Below are positions 37,460 through 46,506 of a DNA stretch of 49,563 nucleotides, piece by piece. Positions within the stretch are counted from its first letter, which is position 1. Each line of letters starts with the position of its first letter. Below the pieces are notes generated by a model. It was not told the DNA's origin and did no database searches. It saw nothing but the letters and a program-made list of their open reading frames with translations. Source of the stretch: Acidobacteriota bacterium (GTDB lineage: Bacteria > Acidobacteriota > Vicinamibacteria > Vicinamibacterales > JAFNAJ01); assembly GCA_016789685.1 (NCBI GenBank), contig JAEUQQ010000397.1, positions 1 through 49,563 of the forward strand, read 5' to 3'. Position numbers and translations under genes: made by a program.

Positions 37460-38017
37460 ATGGCGTCGAGCGAACTCACCGAGTTGTTGCGCCGGGCGCA
37501 GGAAGGGGATGGCGAGGCCGCGGATGCGCTCTTTGCCGAGAGCTACCGCATGTTGACGCAACTGGCGCGCGCGCGTTTGCGGCGTCACGTCCGCTCCCCG
37601 ACGCTCGACACGAGTTCGCTGGTGCACGAGGCGTACCTGCGCTTCGTGTCGGCCGGCCGGCTCACGATCGCCGACAGCACGCACTTCAGGCGCTGGGCCG
37701 GTCGCGCGATGCGATCGGTCATCGTCGACATCGCGCGCCGGCGGCTCGCCGAACGGCGCGGCGGCGGTGTCGAGCACCTCACCTTCACCGGCAGCCTGCC
37801 GATCGCGCAGGCCGGCGGCGACGCATTCGTCGTCCGCGTGCACGAGGCGCTCGAGACGCTTGCGCAGGTGGATGCGCGGGCCGCCGAGGTCGTCCAGTTG
37901 CGTTACTTCGCCGGGATGACCGAACCCGAAGTCGCCGAGGCGCTGGGCATCGGCGAGCGCACCGTCAGGCGCGACTGGGAAAAGGCGCGGCTCCTGCTCG
38001 CCGACCTGCTCGGGTAA
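37460..38017 (+). CDS. ECF sigma factor of the Sig-70_X6 / ECF-like type (TIGR02999-like)
   Basis: ORF 37310..38017 trimmed to ATG 37460. Features: ELTELLRRAQEGDGEAADALF, LVHEAYLRF, and region 4 VVQLRYFAGMTEPEVAEALGIGERTVRRDWEKAR. Confidence 0.88.
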   Translation: MASSELTELLRRAQEGDGEAADALFAESYRMLTQLARARLRRHVRSPTLDTSSLVHEAYLRFVSAGRLTIADSTHFRRWAGRAMRSVIVDIARRRLAERRGGGVEHLTFTGSLPIAQAGGDAFVVRVHEALETLAQVDARAAEVVQLRYFAGMTEPEVAEALGIGERTVRRDWEKARLLLADLLG

Positions 38018-38078
38018 GGGCGCGCACCGCGCCTGGCGACGCAGTGGACCCGCGGGCGGCGTAGAATACGCGCGTACC

Positions 38079-40925
38079 ATGGACATTGCGGCGCTCAAGA
38101 CCCTCAACCGGCTGGTCGAGCAGGTACTCGATCTCGCGCCGTCTGATCGGACGACGTGGGTCGAGAGCCTGGGGCCCGAGTACGAGGCGTTCAAACCACG
38201 GCTGCGCGCCATGCTCGACAGGCTCGAGGCCACGGGCGACGCCGCATTCCTCGCATCGCTGCCGACGTGGGACGCCACCATCGACGCCGGGCACGGCCAC
38301 CCCGGCCAGGCCTGCGCGGCCGGTGCGCTGGTCGGCCGCTACCGGCTGGTCAGTGAAATCGCGGCCGGGGGCCAGGGCGCGGTCTGGCTCGCCGAACGCG
38401 CCGACGGCATGGTCGATCGCCCGGTCGCGCTCAAGCTGCCGCTCGGCCTCGCCTTCAGGCCGGGCCTCGCCGATCGGATGTCGCGCGAGCGCGAGATCCT
38501 GGCACGCCTGACGCACCCGCACATCGCCCGGCTGTACGACGCGGGGGTGAGCGACGACGGCACGCCCTTCCTGGCGCTCGAGTACGTCGATGGCCGCCCC
38601 GTCGATCGGTTCGTCGCCGACCATCGCCTCGGGGTCGATGCCATCCTCCGGCTGTTCGTGCAGATCGTCGACGCGGTCGCCTATGCGCACGGGCAGCTCG
38701 TCATCCACCGTGATCTGAAGCCATCCAACATCCTGGTGACGGGCGACGGCCAGGTACGCCTGCTCGACTTCGGCATCGCGAAGCTGATCGACGATGCCCC
38801 GGAGCGCGACTCGACGATGACGGTGGTCGGCGGGCGCGCGTTGACCCTGGCCTACGCCTCGCCCGAGCAGGTGCTGCACGAGACGCTGGGCGTCGCGACC
38901 GACGTGTACTCGCTCGGCGTGGTGTTGTACGAGCTGCTCTGCGGCCGCCGGCCGCACGTGCCCGCGCGCGACACGAGCGGTGCGCTCGAACACGCCATCC
39001 TGCACGACGAACCGCCGCTGCCGAGCCAGGTCGCCCTCGACCCGTCACGCCGCGGCATCCTGCGCGGGGATCTCGACACCATCCTGCTCAAGGCGCTGAA
39101 AAAGGCGCCGGCCGAGCGATACGCCGCGGCGAACGCGCTCGGCGACGACCTGCGACGGTATCTCGACGGATTGCCGGTGTCGGCGAGGGCCGACAGCCCG
39201 GCCTACCGGTTGCGGAAGTTCGTGGCGCGCCATCGGCTGGCGGTTGGGGCGAGTGCCGCGGTGCTCGCGGCCGTCGTCGCCGGCGCGGGCGTCGCCGTGT
39301 GGCAGGCCCGCGTTGCGCGCGCGGAGCGCGATCGCGCCGATGCGGTGAAGGCGTTCGTGACGTCGGTGTTTCGCGACATCGATCCCGCGTTGCGCGGGTC
39401 GGGCCGCCCCCTGACGGCCACCGACGTCCTCGCGCAGGCTGTCGATCGCCTCGATCGGCGGAGCGAACTCGCCGCCGAGCCGGCCGTCAGGGCCGAACTG
39501 CTGCGCGTGCTCGGCGCGAGCTTCCTCGGGGTGGGCGACGCGGATCGGGCCAACGAGATCCTGCCCCGCGCGCTCGCAGAAACGACGACGCTCACCGGGG
39601 CCGGTTCCGACGAGGCCATCGACACCGAGATCCGCCTGGCCAGGGCCAAGTACCTCGGGGGCAAGGTCGATGAGGCCAACGCGCACGTCGCGCACGTGCG
39701 GCAGGTACTCGCCGACTCGGGCCGCCTCGCGTCCGAGGCGTTCGTCGAACTCGAGCTGCTGCGCACCGAGATCATCATCAACCGTGGCGGATTCAGGAAG
39801 CCCGAAGCCCGCACCGCGGCCGAAGAAGCGCTGGGTGCCGCCGAGCGCCTCCTGCCCCCCGTGCACCAGTTGCGGGCGCGGGCGCTGCAGCAGATGGCCA
39901 CCGTCATGCGCTGGCAGAACGAGGACGCGGCCGCGGCCGCGCACGCAGAGCGGGCGTACCGCATGTTGCTCGACGTGCAGGGCAACGACGCGCGGCACAT
40001 CAGCGTCATCATGGCGCAGAACGAATACGGACGCGCGCTGTACCAGGTCGGCCGCACGCGCGAGGCCCTGTCGCACCTGAAGGAGGCGGCGGCGAATGGC
40101 AACGCGTCGCTGAAGGACGATGCCGTGCTGCGGCAGCACCTGCTGGGCACCCTGGCGAACTCGCAGCTGCAGTTCGGTGAGGTCAAGGAGGGACTGGCCA
40201 ACCTCGACCTGGCCATCTCGCTCGATCTCAGGGGAGTGAACCTCAGCCCCGCGTACCTTGCCGGCCAGCGATTCGTCCGCGCGCGTGCGTACCTCGCGGC
40301 GCGACGACTCGAAGAAGCCCTGCGACTCTACGACGCGTCGGTGGCCGAGTACACGAAACTCGGCGACAGGAACACCCTGATGACGGCGACGAGCGAACGT
40401 GCCGACGTCCTCGTGAGGCTCGGACGCCTGCGCGAGGCCGAGCAGGCCATCGCCCCGGTCATCGCGAGCAGGGGCCGCGCGATCACGCCGGCCGTGCGGC
40501 GGGGCGTCTGGCTCCAGGCCGAGATCCACCGTCGCCGCGGCGAAACCACACGGGCGATGCCGCTGGTGCGCGAAGCCATCAACTTCGAGCCGACCAACAC
40601 CGCAAACGCGATCGCCAGGGCGCAATACCAGGTCACGCTGGCGCTCTCGCTGCTTGCCACGGGCTCCGTGCCAGACGCTCGCGCGGCCGTTGAGGCGGCC
40701 CTGGCGGCACTGCGGGCGAACCAGGGCGTCATGAACCCGATCCAGGCCGACGCCCTCGCGGCCCTGGCACAGGTCGAATGCGCCTCGGCCAACCGTGCGG
40801 CGGGCCTCGCCCTGCTCGAACAGGTCGATGCCTTCTGGCAGGCGTTCGACGCGACGCTCCCCGACGCCGTCGAGGCGGCCCGCCGCCTGCGCGACGCCCG
40901 GGCTGGCGCCACCGCCCCACGCTGA
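38079..40925 (+). CDS. Ser/Thr protein kinase with TM segment and long TPR-like C-terminal region
   Basis: 948-aa ORF. Kinase motifs: GGQGAVWLA, VALK, HRDLKPSNIL, DFGIAK, ASPEQ. A hydrophobic segment LAVGASAAVLAAVVAGAGVAVW follows, then helical repeats. Confidence 0.9.
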   Translation: MDIAALKTLNRLVEQVLDLAPSDRTTWVESLGPEYEAFKPRLRAMLDRLEATGDAAFLASLPTWDATIDAGHGHPGQACAAGALVGRYRLVSEIAAGGQGAVWLAERADGMVDRPVALKLPLGLAFRPGLADRMSREREILARLTHPHIARLYDAGVSDDGTPFLALEYVDGRPVDRFVADHRLGVDAILRLFVQIVDAVAYAHGQLVIHRDLKPSNILVTGDGQVRLLDFGIAKLIDDAPERDSTMTVVGGRALTLAYASPEQVLHETLGVATDVYSLGVVLYELLCGRRPHVPARDTSGALEHAILHDEPPLPSQVALDPSRRGILRGDLDTILLKALKKAPAERYAAANALGDDLRRYLDGLPVSARADSPAYRLRKFVARHRLAVGASAAVLAAVVAGAGVAVWQARVARAERDRADAVKAFVTSVFRDIDPALRGSGRPLTATDVLAQAVDRLDRRSELAAEPAVRAELLRVLGASFLGVGDADRANEILPRALAETTTLTGAGSDEAIDTEIRLARAKYLGGKVDEANAHVAHVRQVLADSGRLASEAFVELELLRTEIIINRGGFRKPEARTAAEEALGAAERLLPPVHQLRARALQQMATVMRWQNEDAAAAAHAERAYRMLLDVQGNDARHISVIMAQNEYGRALYQVGRTREALSHLKEAAANGNASLKDDAVLRQHLLGTLANSQLQFGEVKEGLANLDLAISLDLRGVNLSPAYLAGQRFVRARAYLAARRLEEALRLYDASVAEYTKLGDRNTLMTATSERADVLVRLGRLREAEQAIAPVIASRGRAITPAVRRGVWLQAEIHRRRGETTRAMPLVREAINFEPTNTANAIARAQYQVTLALSLLATGSVPDARAAVEAALAALRANQGVMNPIQADALAALAQVECASANRAAGLALLEQVDAFWQAFDATLPDAVEAARRLRDARAGATAPR

Positions 40926-40986
40926 CGTGGCCGGTTCTTCCCGCGCAGTGCGTAGGAACGGATACGCACCACTGGGAGGAACCACC

Positions 40987-41835
40987 ATGCGACGCACACT
41001 TGCGAGAGTCCTGCTCGGACTCGCCGCGCTGGCGCTCGGCCAGACCCTCGCGTTCGGCGATCCGTTCACGCCCTCAGGCGTGACGGTGACGGGCAGCGGA
41101 AGCCACCTGTACATCTTCGGGAGTTGCTCGACGTGCCCACGCGAGGGCCCCAGCCTGTCAGACACGGCCGGCGGCGACGGCGTGCTCAACGCCAGCACCG
41201 CGTACGGCGGAGGCCCGTTTGCCTGGATGGCATCGGCCAGCATCGTCGGCAGCTCATACCTGCCCGAGCTGAAGGCCTACGCCGAGGCGCAGGCGCCACC
41301 GCCAGACGGGCACTACGACCTGTGGGTCACGGCAAACGCGACCGCCCAGGCGAGGCAGCGTTTCGTGTTCGAGGGCCTGCTGCCCGAACTCTACACGCTC
41401 GAGTACACCGTCGACGGTGTGCTGTCGGGCGACGGCGAGTCGGTCAGCGCCGGGCTCGGCGTCTACGGTGGCGACTACGTGCCCGAACTCGAGGGCGAGT
41501 TCCAGATCACGCGGAAGGGCTCAGACCAGGTGATGTTCGCGGCCGACACGCACTCGACCTTCAGCCACACGGGCAGCATCTCGTTCACGGTCAATCCCGG
41601 CGACGCCTTCTACGTGACGGGCTTCCTCTCGGCCCAGGCGTTCTGGACCGAGTCGACGCTTGCCGGGTACGCCGACGCGTCGCACACGTTCACCTCGGTC
41701 TTCACGGCCGGCAACACGTCGTTCCTGACCGCGTCGCTGGTGCCAGCGGCACCGGTGCCGGAACCTGGCTCACTGTCGCTGGTTGTCGCCGGCCTGGTCG
41801 CCGCGGCCGGCGCTCGCCGTCGTCGTCGGGGATAA
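40987..41835 (+). CDS. PEP-CTERM sorting-domain protein
   Basis: ORF 40795..41835 trimmed to ATG 40987 (signal peptide MRRTLARVLLGLAALALGQTLA). The C-terminus VPEPGSLSLVVAGLVAAAGARRRRRG is the PEP-CTERM motif plus a TM segment plus a basic tail. Confidence 0.85.
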   Translation: MRRTLARVLLGLAALALGQTLAFGDPFTPSGVTVTGSGSHLYIFGSCSTCPREGPSLSDTAGGDGVLNASTAYGGGPFAWMASASIVGSSYLPELKAYAEAQAPPPDGHYDLWVTANATAQARQRFVFEGLLPELYTLEYTVDGVLSGDGESVSAGLGVYGGDYVPELEGEFQITRKGSDQVMFAADTHSTFSHTGSISFTVNPGDAFYVTGFLSAQAFWTESTLAGYADASHTFTSVFTAGNTSFLTASLVPAAPVPEPGSLSLVVAGLVAAAGARRRRRG

Positions 41836-41957
41836 CCCCGGCGACGTTGCACCGGTTGGCCGGCGATGCCGTTCTGGGGGGTTCGGCATCGCTGGCCCAT
41901 CGGCGCCACATGGGACGTCGCGACCCTGCCGGGCGAAACGGGTCTGGCCTCGAGTGA

Positions 41958-42803
41958 TTGCTGCGTCGGCACGATCGGGGCCTGACACCAGGATTCGTGG
42001 TCGCGTCGTGCCACAATTGGCCGGTGCAGCCGCCACGCACGATCACCGTCACGCGCTACGTCACGCCGCTCCGCGAAGGCGGCTCGCTTCCGGCCATCGT
42101 CGAAGCCGATGACGATGGGCTGTATGTGCTCAAGTTCAGGGGGGCGGGCCAGGGCCCCCGGGCGCTCATCGCGGAACTGCTCGCCGGCGAACTCGCCCGC
42201 GCGCTCGGGCTCCCCGTGCCTGAGATCGTCTTCGCGACGCTCGATCCCGACCTGGCGCGCACCGAGCCCGACCCGGAGATCCACGCGCTGATTCGCGAGA
42301 GCGCGGGGCTCAATCTCGCGATCGACTACCTGCCGGGCTCGGTGACGTTCGACCCGATCGTGCATACGCTGCCGTCGGCGCTGGCCGCGCGCATCCTCTG
42401 GTTCGACGCCTTCGTCTCGAACATCGATCGCACCGCGCGCAACACCAACATGCTGATCTGGAACCGGCAGCCCTGGCTCATCGACCACGGCGCATCGCTG
42501 TACTTCCACCACGCCGACGGTTGGGAAGGCGATGCCGCTCGGCCGCGCGCGGCCTTCCCGCAGATTGCCACGCACGTGCTGCGCGGCCACGCCAGCGATC
42601 TCGCCACGGTGGACGCCGCGTCGGTGGCCGCATTGAGTGCGACCGTGATTGCCGCGATTGCCGGGTGGATTCCCGACGCCTGGCTCGACACCGCCGATGC
42701 GCCGCGCGTGCCAGCCGACGCACGAGCCGCGTACCAGCGCTACCTCGTCGCGAGGCTGGCGGCCCCGCGCGTGTTCATCGAGGAGCTGCACCGTGGTGAC
42801 TGA
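41958..42803 (+). CDS. HipA-like small kinase (the family that typically neighbours DUF3037)
   Basis: 281-aa ORF. Motifs: YVTPLREGGSLPAIVEADDDGLYVLKFRGAGQG, the catalytic-loop-like NIDRTARNTNMLIW, and IDHGASLYF. The true start may be the in-frame GTG at 42024. Confidence 0.75.
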   Translation: MLRRHDRGLTPGFVVASCHNWPVQPPRTITVTRYVTPLREGGSLPAIVEADDDGLYVLKFRGAGQGPRALIAELLAGELARALGLPVPEIVFATLDPDLARTEPDPEIHALIRESAGLNLAIDYLPGSVTFDPIVHTLPSALAARILWFDAFVSNIDRTARNTNMLIWNRQPWLIDHGASLYFHHADGWEGDAARPRAAFPQIATHVLRGHASDLATVDAASVAALSATVIAAIAGWIPDAWLDTADAPRVPADARAAYQRYLVARLAAPRVFIEELHRGD

Positions 42804-43203
42804 GGTGACGTACGACTACGTCATCGTCCGCGTCGTGCCGCGCGTCGAGCGCGGAGAGCGCGTCAACGTCGGCGTCATCCTGTCGTGCGTGGATGCGGAG
42901 TTCCTCGACGCCCGCATCGCCCTCGACGAACGACGCCTCTGCGCACTCGACGGCGGCGTGGATCTCGAGGCCGTTCGCGCCGGCCTCGACAGCATCCGGC
43001 GGATCTGCGCGGGCGGACCCGATGCGGGCGCCATCGGCGAGCTCCCGCCACGCGGCCGCTTCCGCTGGCTCGCGTCACCACGCAGCACCATCATCCAGAC
43101 GTCTCGCGTCCACACCGGGCGCACCTGCGATCCGGTGGCCACGCTGGATCGCCTCCTCGCCACCGTGGTGCTGGCGCCCGACGCCGATGCCGCACGCCGC
43201 TGA
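42793..43203 (+). CDS. DUF3037 domain protein
   Basis: This lies in the frame of track ORF 42649..43203. GTG at 42793 (or 42796 / 42805) overlaps the upstream stop. The N-terminus YDYVIVRVVPRVERGERVNVGVILSC is the DUF3037 hallmark as I remember it. Confidence 0.75.
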   Translation: MVTEVTYDYVIVRVVPRVERGERVNVGVILSCVDAEFLDARIALDERRLCALDGGVDLEAVRAGLDSIRRICAGGPDAGAIGELPPRGRFRWLASPRSTIIQTSRVHTGRTCDPVATLDRLLATVVLAPDADAARR

Positions 43204-43927
43204 TCCCCAGGCACCAGGTGCGTCGCCGTTCGCGAAGTCGTCGCGGACGCGGCTGACGACGCGCGACCTCGGACGCTTCCCGTCAGGCACGTTGTTCGAC
43301 CGTATCGGCCGGGCGGTCTGCCACGCGGAATGCCTGCCGCGCAAGGAACTGTTCGAAGCGTGGGAAGTTGCGCGCCGTGTCCGCAGGGTCTGCCGGGGCG
43401 GCCGTGTCGTCGACCTCGCCGGCGGACACGGCATGCTGGCGATGGCGATGCTGCTGCTCGACGACTCGTCGCCATCGGCGCTGGTCGTCGACACCGGCAT
43501 TCCTGCCTCGGCCGGAGGCGTGCACGACGCCATCGTCGCCACGTGGCCGCGCCTGGCGGGGCGCATCGCGTTTGCCAACGAGTCACTCGACGACGTCGCC
43601 CTCGGTCATGACGACATCGTCGTCGCCAGCCACGCGTGCGGCAGCCTGACCGATCGCGTGCTCGATCGTGCGACCGCCGCCAATGCCCGTGTCGCCGTCC
43701 TGCCGTGTTGTCACGACCACGCCATCGGTGATGCCGGCGCGCTCGGCGGATGGGTCGATGGCTCGCTGGCCATCGACATCGAGCGCGTCCACACGCTCGA
43801 ACGACGTGCCTACCGCGTGCGCACGCACACCATCTCCCCGGAGATCACGCCGAAGAACCGACTGCTGATCGCATGCCCGGTGCCACGCGGTGGGCCGCGC
43901 GACGATCGAGGGGCTCAGGCGGGCTGA
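43187..43927 (+). CDS. Class I SAM-dependent methyltransferase-like protein
   Basis: This lies in the frame of track ORF 42893..43927. ATG 43187 overlaps the DUF3037 stop by 17 nt. VVDLAGGHGMLAMAML resembles SAM-binding motif I. The functional call is tentative. Confidence 0.6.
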   Translation: MPHAADPQAPGASPFAKSSRTRLTTRDLGRFPSGTLFDRIGRAVCHAECLPRKELFEAWEVARRVRRVCRGGRVVDLAGGHGMLAMAMLLLDDSSPSALVVDTGIPASAGGVHDAIVATWPRLAGRIAFANESLDDVALGHDDIVVASHACGSLTDRVLDRATAANARVAVLPCCHDHAIGDAGALGGWVDGSLAIDIERVHTLERRAYRVRTHTISPEITPKNRLLIACPVPRGGPRDDRGAQAG

Positions 43928-44883
43928 CCGTCTGGGTCGGGCACCAGGCCCGCGGCCTGCGCGCACGCGCGCACGTGGGCCATCTGGCGGAGGACGCTCT
44001 CGAAGGGCCCCATCGCCTCGACGAGCCGCTGCTCGGTGAGGGCGTCGTCCTGGCAGACCTCGAGGATGGGTACCGTCGCTGCCTCGACGTCGGGCAGCCC
44101 TGCGCTTCCAGCGCGCGTGGCGATCTCGTGCAGCAGGCGCCGCACGTGCACGGCCCGCTGTTCGGCGAGTTGCTGTTTCGCGCTGGCGTCGAGCTGCGCG
44201 CGCTTCAACTCGGTCAGGTCGCGGACCGAGACCAGGAAGGCGGGCTCGTTCATCCACTCGAACTGCACGACACGCATCTCGCACACGCGGGCGTCGCCCG
44301 AGTGCGCCACGGTGATCTCGACGGGTTCGCCGTCGCGCACCGAGAAACCCAGCCGTTCGTCGATGAAGTCGTCGCGCCGGCGGTTGAACAGGACCAGCGC
44401 GGCGTCGTTGACGTAGCGGACGAGACCCGATCGCGCGACGACGAGGATGGCGTCGGGCGTCGCATCGAGCAGCCGCGCCGTCTGCCGGTACTGCTCGCGC
44501 GCCCGGTTCCGCTCGATCACGTAGAGCATGCAGTGCGCCAGCAGCGGACTGTTCGCATCGTCCTTGCTCATGAGATCTTCGGCGCCCTGCCGGATGGCGA
44601 ATCGCCGCGCCGATCGATCCACGGCGCCTGAAATCACGACAATGGGCGCCCCGTCGGCCGCCGGGCGGATGCGATTGAGCGTCTCGATGCCGCTCGAATC
44701 CGGCACGTGCAGGTCGAGGATGACGGCATCGACGCGCCGCGCGGCCAGCACGCCGAGGGCCTGCGCGACGGTGGTGGCGCGCAGCACCGCGAACGTCACG
44801 AATGGGGTGTCTTCGAGGCGTTCGGTCAGGAGGTCGGCATCGCCGGGGTTGTCTTCGACCAGCAGGATCCCGTAGGTCAGCAT
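43915..44883 (-). CDS. Response regulator receiver + PAS domain protein
   Basis: ORF 43915..44892. ATG 44883 gives MLTYGILLVEDNPGD and overlaps the upstream stop (ATGCTGA). Receiver residues: DNPGD, AVILDLHVPD, VVISG, MSK. The PAS-like region is LLDATPDAILVVARSGLVRYVNDAAL. Confidence 0.85.
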   Translation of the reverse strand: MLTYGILLVEDNPGDADLLTERLEDTPFVTFAVLRATTVAQALGVLAARRVDAVILDLHVPDSSGIETLNRIRPAADGAPIVVISGAVDRSARRFAIRQGAEDLMSKDDANSPLLAHCMLYVIERNRAREQYRQTARLLDATPDAILVVARSGLVRYVNDAALVLFNRRRDDFIDERLGFSVRDGEPVEITVAHSGDARVCEMRVVQFEWMNEPAFLVSVRDLTELKRAQLDASAKQQLAEQRAVHVRRLLHEIATRAGSAGLPDVEAATVPILEVCQDDALTEQRLVEAMGPFESVLRQMAHVRACAQAAGLVPDPDGQPA

Positions 44884-46481
44884 CGCGCCCATTCACCCGT
44901 GTCGCCGACGGCGACGACCGCGCCCAGCAGGAACCCCTGGGCGAACTGCACGCCGAGGTCGGCCACGACCCGCGCGTCGGCCTCGGTCTCGACGCCCTCG
45001 GCGATGATCTGCGGCCCGAGGGGCATCAGGCACCCGAGGAGGCGCTCGAGGATGCGGCGCCGCCCGGGATCGTCAGCGACGCCATGCACGACCGATCGAT
45101 CGATCTTGACGATGTCGGGTTCGAGGACGACGAGCGTCTCGAGCGAGCTCCTGCCGAACCCCACGTCGTCGAGCGCGATCAGCACGCCGGCGTCCTTCAT
45201 GGCGCGCAGGCTGGGCAGCAGCATGGCGGGGGCGCCGATCAGCTCCTGCTCTGAAAGTTCGAGCGCCACGCGCGGCCCACCCGCCTGCACGAGGATGTCG
45301 CGCAGGGCTCGTGCCGGGGTATCGAGGAACGTCGATGGAAAGATGTTCACGTGCACGCAGTCGTCGCCGGTGAGGTACTGCGTGGCCTCGATGCACCGCC
45401 TGAGGCAGAGGAGGTCGGCGGCGCACAGCACGTTGGCATGGCGGGCAGCCGAGAACAACGCGGCGGGGTGCTCGAGCGGCGTGTTCTTGGGCCCGCGGAC
45501 CAGGAACTCGTGCACGACACCGGCCGCGCCGTGGGGGCCGACGATGCGCTGCGCCATCACGCGAATCGCCTGCGGGTCGCTGAGGATCTCGCGGACGTCG
45601 GATCCGACGGGGTGCAGCGGGAGGTCGACGCCGTGCGCCGTGACACGGTCCTTGCCGGCGCGTTTGCTCGCGATGAGCGCCGACTCTGCGCCGGCCAGGA
45701 CTTCCTTGAGCGACGCCGCAAACGGCGGGATGGCGGTCAGGCCGAGGCTCACGGTGACCTCGGCGCGGATGCCGGGCACCGACACGGGCAGGGGCGTGCT
45801 GTGGATGGTGTTCCTGAGCTTGGTGGCGACGAGGAATCCCTCGGCGAGCGTGGTGTTGGGCAGCAGGACGAGGAACTCGTCGCCGCCGATGCGTCCGATG
45901 CGATCGACGGGCGATCGGAGCGCGCGCACGAGCGCGGTGGCGATGGTGCGCAGCGTGGCGTCGCCGGCGCTGTGCCCGGCCACTTCGTTGATCCCCTTGA
46001 AGTCATCGCAGTCGATGAGGATCGCGGCCGCGTGCCCACCGGCTCGCCCGAGTCCGCCGACGACCTCGAGCAGCTCCGCCTCGATGCCGCGCCGGTTGAG
46101 GACGCCGGTGAGCGGATCGACGAGGGCCAGTTCCTCGAGTTGCCGGTTCGAGCGGGCGAGTTCGGCCAGGGCCCGCACACGATCGGTCACGTCGCGCAGC
46201 AGGACGAGGTATGCGGCCTGCCGCTGCCACGGGATGGGCGCGACGCGCATCTCCATGGTGCGGCCGCTGCGCAGTTCGATCTCGGTGAGGATGTCGCCGA
46301 CCACCGGCACGCCGAAGAGTGTCCCGAGCAACTCGCCCGTCCCGACCCCGAAGGCCGACGTCGCAGCCGGATTCGCGAAGAGGATTTCGCCGTCCGGGCC
46401 CACGATGAGCACCCCATCGGGACTCTCGCGGAGCAGGGTCTGGTACTGGATGAGCGATTCGAGACGCGGCTTGGTCACCAT
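44877..46481 (-). CDS. PAS-GGDEF-EAL protein (c-di-GMP synthesis/hydrolysis)
   Basis: ORF 44877..46700 trimmed to ATG 46481 (MVTKPRLESL). The PAS region is SPDGVLIVGPDGEILFANPAA and the GGDEF region is DPLTGVLNRRG...RIGGDEFLVLL. EAL-domain blocks: HEFLVRG, LELSEQE, LDDVGFGRSSL, VKIDRS, AEGVETE, QFAQGF. Confidence 0.9.
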   Translation of the reverse strand: MVTKPRLESLIQYQTLLRESPDGVLIVGPDGEILFANPAATSAFGVGTGELLGTLFGVPVVGDILTEIELRSGRTMEMRVAPIPWQRQAAYLVLLRDVTDRVRALAELARSNRQLEELALVDPLTGVLNRRGIEAELLEVVGGLGRAGGHAAAILIDCDDFKGINEVAGHSAGDATLRTIATALVRALRSPVDRIGRIGGDEFLVLLPNTTLAEGFLVATKLRNTIHSTPLPVSVPGIRAEVTVSLGLTAIPPFAASLKEVLAGAESALIASKRAGKDRVTAHGVDLPLHPVGSDVREILSDPQAIRVMAQRIVGPHGAAGVVHEFLVRGPKNTPLEHPAALFSAARHANVLCAADLLCLRRCIEATQYLTGDDCVHVNIFPSTFLDTPARALRDILVQAGGPRVALELSEQELIGAPAMLLPSLRAMKDAGVLIALDDVGFGRSSLETLVVLEPDIVKIDRSVVHGVADDPGRRRILERLLGCLMPLGPQIIAEGVETEADARVVADLGVQFAQGFLLGAVVAVGDTGEWARC

Positions 46482-46506
46482 GGGTCGTGGAACCTGGCGG
46501 CGGCCC

